A stretch of DNA of 64,000 nucleotides. Source: Diadema antillarum (taxonomy: Eukaryota). How positions within the stretch are numbered: position 1 is the first letter of the stretch; every line of letters starts with the position of its first letter. Positions 43,903 to 52,375 of the stretch are shown piece by piece. Location of the stretch: assembly GCF_040938485.1 (NCBI RefSeq), contig NW_027272134.1, positions 1,178,001 through 1,242,000 of the forward strand, in the 5' to 3' direction. A model generated the notes under the pieces. The model worked only from the letters and a program-made list of their open reading frames with translations. It ran no database searches and had not been told where the DNA came from. The translations under genes were made by a program, and so were the position numbers.

Positions 43903-44640
43903 CTACTCTGAGCTGTAAGGATTCAAAGTTTTTGGCTACAATTTTAGGGTTATCTGACGGGGAAAGTGATGGACGCATTCTCCCAAAAACCAACTTTCTT
44001 CCATTTACTCATGGCTTTTGGAGTAGTCTATGATATAATAATGGTAATGATTTTGTTAATGAAAGTGATAATATGATGAGGATGATGTTGATAGTGATTA
44101 AAATAATGCTAAAGCTAATTATATAGTTGATTATGATGATTCCATGATTGATGTAGACATTTTGTAGTAAAGATGACTCCAGGACTTGATGAAACAGAAT
44201 GATGTTGGCTCTACTTCAAAGTTACGGACTTTTAGCAGCACTCAGCGAGGTTTAAAATATTTTTCCATTATGCAGCATTTCACAGTTTGTAGATTATATT
44301 TAGTATATACTGTGTAAGCAGTTTTGCTAAATTTTTTCCTTTTTTTCTCTCCAAAAGTGAGGGATGGGTTAAAAATCTTGGGAGGTTGGAGAGTATATGT
44401 GTGGAATGCTAAAATTGAAATCATAGAAAGCAATGTGCAGTCATCATGGTATCCGGAGAATTATTTGATTTGATCAGATTAACCCCCCCCCCCCCCCTTA
44501 ATATTTTCTGTTTGAATGTAGTGAAGAGATGTAGGGTCATGATGACGACTAAAATCTGATGGATGTAGCCTATATATTTCTACCAGCAGCTGTCTGATCC
44601 CCCCACCCCCATGTAAGTTTAGGTCTGGGTTATGTTTGAT

Positions 44641-44672
44641 CAAGGAGCTTCAAACACATGGAGATACAACGC
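44641..44672 (+). repeat. Left terminal inverted repeat CAAGGAGCTTCAAACACATGGAGATACAACGC
   Basis: Exact reverse complement of 58818-58849. Confidence 0.97.
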
Positions 44673-44785
44673 TCACTTTCCTTTAGAAGTAAGCTGTGAT
44701 GCCGCCGTCGTAAAACAGTGGGTGGTTGACCCTTATCTAATCTACTGGAATGTCACTCTGACCGCAATTCGAAAGCCCCGCGGAA

Positions 44786-44873
44786 AAATACGTCATCGGA
44801 AGTCAACGCTCTCGCAATGCATTGTGGACAAATACGTCATCGGAAGTCAACGTTCTCGCAATGCATTGTGGAC
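44786..44873 (+). promoter_or_regulatory. Subterminal 44-bp direct repeat x2 upstream of the PHD gene, containing ACGTCA (CRE half-site) and CGGAAGT (ETS-type) motifs
   Basis: AAATACGTCATCGGAAGTCAACG(C/T)TCTCGCAATGCATTGTGGAC twice with 1 mismatch, in a CpG-rich segment about 140 bp upstream of the ATG at 45010. The regulatory role is inferred. Confidence 0.6.
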
Positions 44874-45009
44874 GCGAAGCGATATTCGGTGATGTTTAGC
44901 CATACAGCTCTATGGCGATACTGTACTGTAGCGTGTATTAGCTAGCTAACTCATCGCGCTCGTTAATTGCTTGACAAGCTTCCGTAATTCCGTGGCGGAC
45001 AAAACAAAA

Positions 45010-45262
45010 ATGACTTCGTCTTCACTGACACTGGATGATAGAGACGTGATATGTATTTGTTCCATCCCCAAAACATCTAATCTCATATCCTGTTCTAATG
45101 TTTCGTGTACAATCGGTATTTACCACTCCGAATGTGTTGGACTGCAGCTGCACGGGCACGGGAGTGCTGGAAAATCGGATTGGTTTTGCGAGTTATGCGA
45201 TGCCGATGAGACAGACGACGTATTGGAAGGGGATGTTGAACTTAATTCGGAAACTAAAAAAG
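45010..45262 (+). CDS. Exon 1 of accessory gene (PHD finger and acidic stretch)
   Basis: CIC-x10-C-x4-C-x5-H-x2-C-x15-WFCELC; ATG in aaaATG context; donor AAG|GTACCG. Confidence 0.85.
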
Positions 45263-47633
45263 GTACCGTTGAATTCATTGTTCTTACTGAGTGATATCAT
45301 TACAAAAAAAAAAAAAAAAAATTGATAGGTACAGTCAGTGTCAGCATATGCAGCTGCAGGAGGTGGTGGTCTGGATGATCGCTGAGCAAGTTTTTTTTTG
45401 AACACTGAAAGTTGGATCATTTGAGCTGTAGACTTTACAATACGAAAACCAAGGAGCTTCAAACACACTGTTTGAAGCTCCTTGAAATCCCTGTCTGCCA
45501 CAGATAATATTTTCTGATAATTGATAGTACTTCAGAGAGGTATTAAATAGTAGCCAGTTAATACTTGATTTATAATAGACCTACCACGTCACTAATATTA
45601 ATGATAATCATTTCCATTTGAAAAAAAAATAATAATAATGTGTCTCCAAAAGAAATAGTTACACTTACAATAATACAAATTAATGGTTACAGTAATCAAA
45701 TAACAGTCGTGATGCAATGCTGATTAAAAATAAAAATGATAAGTAATTTACCAATGATAAAAATAATTTAAGCGATAGTCATAAGGATACTGCAGTTACT
45801 GCTGCTGCTAACAAGAAATATGATGGGGGGGGGGGGTTGGTGTCGGGCTTGTATTCAGGGAAAATTTGATATCCGAGTATGTCATTGCAGAATCATTGCT
45901 ACAGTACATGGCATGAACAAGTCTTAAAATGAAAATCCCATAATTTTTATTGTCAATAATGATCTACCTACAGCGTACTAGTAGTGTATTTGACTACTAG
46001 TAATAGTATGTCGAAGTGGCTTTGCACCCTCAGCCTGATTTTGTTTAGGAGCTGACGGAGGGCTCTTGAGAAAAATTAATAAAATGACAAAAATTCTCTT
46101 TCCTTTTCTCTATAGTTATACTTGCTGCTTTGTGCTTGTATGTTTTATTTGCATGTATCAAAATATTAATAGGTCCAATAGGAATCAAGCTGATTACCTC
46201 TTCTTTAATCCTCATCTTCAGATGACCATATGGAACAATCATATGAACAGCATGAACCAGGATCTTCGTCTGATCAACAACCGAAACTGCCTAAGCAACA
46301 ACAGAAGGTGATTCCATGTAAGTACAAGTGTATACCCAAAATTGGGTCCAATTCTGGTCATTTAAGGAAGAGCAATTTGATGAATTTTAAAATCAAAAGG
46401 CATACATGTAGTTCTTAAATGTAACATTGAAAAAAAAATTGAGGAAAAAATAGAAATGACTGGTACTTCACAAATTTAGTTGGTGAATTTAAAAGTACAT
46501 GTATATGAGGTTTCATTCTTTTTTTCCCCCATTTCAATCTAATTTCTCTTTCATCAACAACGTAAACTATATATGTACATTTCTTAATGAAGAAAATTTT
46601 TAAAGCCTGTTGTCCTTTTTCTTTTCTAGTGCACGGCTCCAAGGTCGTTAAGAGTGTCATGGAAGCAGGGTACGACATCTATAAGGAAGCACTTGAAAGG
46701 GCACAAAAGGATGATCATTTAAAAAACTACCCTACAGGCCGAGAAGTCATTAGAGTTTGTGAACTTTTGTTAAAGTCCCCGACCGATGAGAGCAGGAAAT
46801 CAGCCCTTGGACTTGTTGAGAGCGTACATACTTGTGCATGTGCTGGTGATGCATTTCCTGTTGGACCAGCAGCCAACGAGAAAATTTGCAGTGCCTTTCA
46901 CCGCCTTCGAACGCAGACATCTCTACAACATACCTGGCAGACACTTCTTCTTCAGAGCAACATAACATCCTCACCCCAAACTTCACATCTTTCACTTCAG
47001 TATATACTGCGCCAACTTCTTCACATCATCACACACCGGAGACTCATTCAGCCCGATGAAATCCAGACTGATGACTCAGCAAATCTCACAGAGCATGATG
47101 AAAATGTCTTGAGATATGTGGCTGGCTACATCCCTTTCGCATTAAGTAAAAGATACACCAAGACAAACTCCAAATTCTACAGGACTTTACAATCTTGGAG
47201 GGGTTCAGATGAAGACATTGTTGCAGATACATTTCTTGAGTACACATGTACTTGGACGAATCTTGTTAATAGAGGGGGGCTTTTCCGTGTTAAGGACAAT
47301 GTTTACATGCTGTTCCGGGCCATGGAAATTCAAACAAAAAGAACACTTAATATGAATCTTGCTCAATCTCCTGACCTTGGAGGCTTGTTGACCAAAGCTT
47401 TACTGCAAAGTGAACATGTTCTACATTGTTGGACCTCCCTCATTGAAGATTTGACTGAAAGTGAAGCACAAACATTGCTGCTTACTGTTGTAAGATACTG
47501 GGTAAAGATCAGGGTTAATGCCTTTGTACGAGTGTTTCTAAATCTACGCAAAGAGGAACAAGCAAAGAAAAAAAGGAGTAAGAAAATAGCACGCAAAGGA
47601 GAAAAGAGTTTAAGGAAAACTCTTCAGAAGTAA
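45010..47633 (+). CDS. Transposon accessory gene: PHD finger + acidic linker + P-transposase C-terminal-like domain, 450 aa; exons 45010-45262, 46222-46317, 46630-47633
   Basis: Canonical GT-AG introns with matching phases (1 and 1); 253+96+1004=1353 nt with no internal stop. C4HC3 PHD in exon 1; YVAGY, RGGL and KIRV motifs in exon 3. Confidence 0.85.
45450..45484. repeat. 35-bp TIR-to-TIR hairpin (putative excision footprint)
   Basis: CAAGGAGCTTCAAACA-CAC-TGTTTGAAGCTCCTTG = first 16 nt of the TIR and its reverse complement; flanks are not duplicated. Confidence 0.85.
46222..46317 (+). CDS. Exon 2 of accessory gene (Q/E/S-rich linker)
   Basis: Acceptor ctcatcttcag, donor T|GTAAGT; phase-compatible with exons 1 and 3. 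Confidence 0.75.
46630..47633 (+). CDS. Exon 3 of accessory gene (P-transposase C-terminal-like domain)
   Basis: Acceptor ccttttcttttctag; long ORF with ENVLRYVAGY, WTNLVNRGGL, YWVKIRV and a basic tail. Confidence 0.88.
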
Positions 47634-48986
47634 TGAGCGAATCATTTGTGACAATCAGCAACATTGTCCTTAATTTCTACCGGTAGTATAATCTGGGATC
47701 ATTGATGTCAAAAAAACAAAAAATTTTTCAGTTATACAGTTTGAAGTACAACTTTGGTCAACATTCATTCCTAAAATTAAGAACAGATGGAGAGGAGAGC
47801 AATTGTCCATGTATAACAACTGATGAAGCTAAATGCTGTAATGCTGTGATTATTCATGGAATCTTTATTAATGGTGCCTGTCAGTATTGTACGTTGTAAC
47901 ATTGTACATCCATCCTTCAGCAAGCTTTGTATTTGGCAATACACATATTAACAGAAAAGAAGTTTGTTAATGTATACATTAAAAACAGCTAGCACAATGA
48001 AATAGATCCCTAAGTGTTCATTGATTAACCATTCTGGTCACTTCATCTACAGGTCCATTCTTTGCTAGAATACGAGTTTCATAAATTGCTATGTTGGGCA
48101 AGCTGCTGCATTATATCGCTTTGAATTGAGTTAAGTGCCTAACCAACGGAGAAAAATGAAGGGTCGTTTGTACCCATGTGCACATGAGATATCCCCGATC
48201 TGGCTTGGTCCGTACGCTGATACCACCCAGCAGTTACCTGGCAACAGGGTGAATGCACCTGCAATAATGTTGTATTTGCATAGTGTGTTATTGTACAGTG
48301 AACGAGGAGTCTCTCTATTTCTCTCTCTCCTGTTCTTTCTCACCATCTTTCATAATCGCTGCCCCCTTCTTCTTTGTTTTTCTTTCTTAGCATCACCTGC
48401 GTTCCTGTCCGTGTATGTTTTGTTGTGTAACTGTTTTTGTTGTGTAAAATTAGGTTGTCTTGTTGTAAAAACTCTTAATTTATTTATCTTTGTATGAGGC
48501 CCCAATATCAAGTTCGGCTTACTGGGGATCCTCCTGTATGGTACCTTGACTTTTTTGTTTGTTATCATTATGTGTTCGTTCTTTATCACTATGATTTGAT
48601 TACCTGTCATGTGCAAAATCAGCCATAAATTATTATAAATCATGTGTTTACATCTGAAAGTGATCAGAGTTGATTATGTTGTACCATGCAGAAACAATAA
48701 AATGAAATGAAATGAAATGAAATAGTGTTATAGCTTACAATGTTATATAAATTATCTACAAACGAAACAGAATATGACCACTAAAATAATGATGATAATG
48801 ATGATAACAGCTCTGATAAAGATGCATCAATTTTAGATGTAACAAAGATATATTTGACAGCTTGTCCAGTCACAATGCAGGTCTCAAGTAACAGCTTTGC
48901 AGTTGTATTGCTAGACCTTGCCAGTATGTACTAAATGTTGACAAGATACATTTTCATTTTGCAAGTGAAAATTGCCATAGATAATA

Positions 48987-49168
48987 CAGTGCACTCCCGT
49001 TATAACGAACACGGTTATAATATTCCGGTCATAACGAAGTAAAAATTTGGGCTGCAATGTCATCCACTGCATGTATTTCTATTGTTTATTTTCGGTTATA
49101 ATGAAATTCCGATAATAACGAAAGAAAACTGCCGGTCCCGAGGACTTCGTTATAACGGGAGTCCACTG
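48987..49168. mobile_element. 182-bp Tc1/mariner(pogo)-type MITE nested in the P-like element
   Basis: 23-bp TIR CAGTG(C/G)ACTCCCGTTATAACGAA with TA on both sides. Confidence 0.8.
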
Positions 49169-50096
49169 TACTTAAAAAAAAAAATACTTGAAAAAAAAAA
49201 TTCTTAAACCTCCTTCAGACACGATTTGCAATTATCACACAGGTAGCTAAATAGACAGTGACATGAATGTGTAAGCTGATATAATTCGAAGACAAAGTAA
49301 ATGCATCTTTATCAGCAAATTTTGCACCATTCCTGTTCATCTGGAAAAAATAAATAAAATGTGCACATGGTGATGTCAGGACTGTACAGTGTTTATATTG
49401 ATCATGATTTTTTTTTTTTTTTGGTATGAAAGTTACATTGACAGAGCAAGAAGCAACATTCAAGTTGTTATTTATGATATGAAATCAATTATGAAATATA
49501 CAAATGCATAGCATATCACGACCTTTATTTGCTCTCGACAAGGAGCCTGAATAATGGAGAGAAAGAGAGAGAGAGAGAGAAAGAAAGGAAGAGGAGGGAA
49601 TGAGGGCTAGAGAAAAAGTATCAAAATGACAGGACATGAAATTAAAAGAGAAAAATTAGCATTTTCTTTCCCAACAAAAAGTAACAAGTAATCAGGGTCG
49701 GCGAAAAAACATAGCGTGTTTTGACACATGTTTTAAAACATGTCTTAAAACACCTTTTTTTTTTAGCAAAAAAAAAAAAAAAAATGTTTCGAAACACCCC
49801 ATTGACACATCTACTAAACATATGTTTGTCTATGTGAATTGTAATTTTCATTTTTTCAAATGCTTTTCTCCTGACCAGTGCATGAACATAAATCCAAAGA
49901 AAGTAGGAAATCTCTATCTTCTCCTGTATATCTCCCCTCTTTCTTTCTTTCTCTCTCCCTGTACCTCTCTCTCTCTTCCTCTCTCTCTTCTGCCTTTCTA
50001 GCTCTATCACTGACTCTCTTTTGCTCTTTCTCTTATATTCTCTATCTCTCCCCCTCCCACCTCTTTAACATTAGTTCTTCTCACATAAAACCATAC

Positions 50097-50119
50097 CAAG
50101 GAGATTCAGAAGCTCCTTG
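50097..50119. repeat. Excision footprint with perfect 7-bp TSD ACCATAC
   Basis: ACCATAC-[CAAGGAGATTCA GAAGCTCCTTG]-ACCATAC. Confidence 0.85.
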
Positions 50120-51013
50120 ACCATACTAATATTCATATGAAATGTGATACAGTGTATGATTATTTTACAACTCTAGATCCCTGTAACACCTCCTCAATCA
50201 TGATGAAAAGCAGCACAAGTCAATTTTTTTTGGTGATAAATTTGTTACTTTAATAGCATGCAACGCGATATTTCATGACCGTATACCCAGATATGCAATT
50301 CGAGAGTCATGCAACATTTAACAAGTGCATATCAAGCCCCAAATTTAAAACAAACAAAACAAACCCAAAAAAAAAAAAGAGCTTTCACCTACAAATCCAA
50401 TGCAATTTCTGTTGTTAGTCAGAATTCATAAAGAATTATTTTCTTGGAGTAAAAATAAAAATTATAGATTTGTTGTTGATCGAAAAAGCGTTACTGACGA
50501 TTACCTTTAAAACAACACTAATAAAAGTTGAAAACAAATAAATACAGCTGTATACAGTATGAGAAAGTTATTTAAAAAATAAAATACTTGAGAGCAAGTG
50601 GTGGCCCCGCCCCGCCCATGTTTACTTGCATTCAGACTGCAATGTATTGTGTACAGTTTTGTTAGGTTTCTTGCGTGGAGAACTTACACAAATCTGTACA
50701 TGAGGGACCAAGGAGCTTAGCTTGGTGATCATACACACGAGTCAATTTTCATCCATTTCATCTAAGTCAATATAGTAAAATATGAAGTGAGAACATTCAG
50801 GATAGGGATTTCAACATCTTTGAATTCTGTGAAGGGGCATAGATCCAGTGATATTGGCCTCATAAATGAACTGTAAGTACATGAACATTGCACATTCAGT
50901 GCAGCAGTTGTAGCTGTTTATTCAGCACTAACAGCGGTGCAATGGGTCTCTAGTTAGCCGGAGCTAGCGGGGCAGGGTGCTAGGTATAGGACTAAGGAGC
51001 AATAAGGTGACAG

Positions 51014-51039
51014 TAAGGACCTTCAAACAAAGCTCCTTG
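51014..51039. repeat. Excision footprint with near-perfect 7-bp TSD
   Basis: GTGACAG-[TAAGGACCTTCAAACA AAGCTCCTTG]-GTTACAG. Confidence 0.75.
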
Positions 51040-52088
51040 GTTACAGTAGCCTCCTACCTGAAGCTGCACAGTTTCGGTCTCGAAGCTGAGGTACATGTAT
51101 GTTTGACTGTTGATCATTATCATCTAATAAACTATTATGATTTGAAACTTCGCATGTTCAATGTAGGTTTATCATAAAGCAAATGACTACAGTGATAGTT
51201 CAATTCTGTTTCCATGAGGAGCGTGCAAATAGAAGTCTATAGCATACTCGACGTGATGACAGGAATGGACATTCTGAAGACTGAAAATGTGGTCTAATAA
51301 CCTCAACCTATGTGCAAATCAGCAAAATTTCACATCAGAGATATGACCAAGATCTGAAGGGGGGCAATTTAACAATTTAAAAGCTGATTTCAAAAAAGCC
51401 TAGTTAAAGTAGGGTTAATCATCCTTTCAAAAGAAATGCATCAGAAAGGTCAATAACCGAGCTCAATTTTTTTGCCCATTGTATTGAATTGCACTTTTGT
51501 TCCGATTTCACACTGACTTTCAAATAAAATGGAAAATTTAAAGAACTCTTAGAATATACAAAAGAGATGCACGCTTCCATTTACAATTGACTAATTTCAC
51601 TCGTGAAATACAGTAAACGTTGCACAAGGTGACCTTCAAATCAAGTCCAATAGGTCTGCATGTAAGTCAATGCAATAGACATTATGTACGATGTGTCATT
51701 TCCTCGTACAGAAAAAGTCAAATCTTCTCTTTAAATTGAATAGATTTCTGTGATCCCAAGAAATGGATCGAGGCGTGGAGTTACTCGTATAATATCATTT
51801 GTTGAAAAATAATTACTGCTGCATACTCCATAGAAACATCAGTTGAAGTATTATCAGTTTTTTTCTCCAACATTTGTTTAGTCAAAGGAATAAGACTTCA
51901 TTAAGCAAACCAACCAAAAACAGGTTAGAGGAGTTCAAATCTTAGACTTAACATGCTTATTGCTGATTATTGTGCATGCCATGTGCTCGTGTAAATCTGG
52001 CTTCTTATTCAAGAAATAAATCAAAACGTTATTTCACATGTCGTGAAAACAAATGAGAATCACAGGCAAATGTCAAGATTGCAAACAT

Positions 52089-52375
52089 TCATCGCTTTCT
52101 CTTTCTACTCTGCAAAGGAGTAGAATCCACAGCAGTTTTTCGTTTTTGTGACTTCACATTAGCTTTTGCTGAGACTGCAATGCTTGAACCTGCTACATGC
52201 AGTGGCAGAATGTTTGAGCCAAACTGATGAACATCAGGGTTGTCAAACCGTCCTCCAACTCCTCGCTGACGACTGAAGTACTCTTCCAAAGGATCTTGGC
52301 TGAATTTTTCTGAAAGAACAAACTCCACACCATCCTCCAAGAGAAGCTCCTTGGCAAGTTGAACAAATGAGCGCA
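52089..52375 (-). CDS. Transposase exon 6 (catalytic Glu, SQDPLE; basic C-terminal tail RKRKR)
   Basis: Acceptor ttaataccacag; phase 1 restores VRSFVQLAKELL. Confidence 0.9.

Noticed and set aside
45010-47633. Calling the accessory gene RAG2-like by homology
   Set aside because: No Kelch/beta-propeller is seen; the PHD is N-terminal and of conventional ING-like spacing. The resemblance is architectural only.
52344-52353. AAGCTCCTTG TIR 10-mer inside exon 6
   Set aside because: Encodes AKEL, has no paired arm or flanking duplication, and is treated as coincidental.
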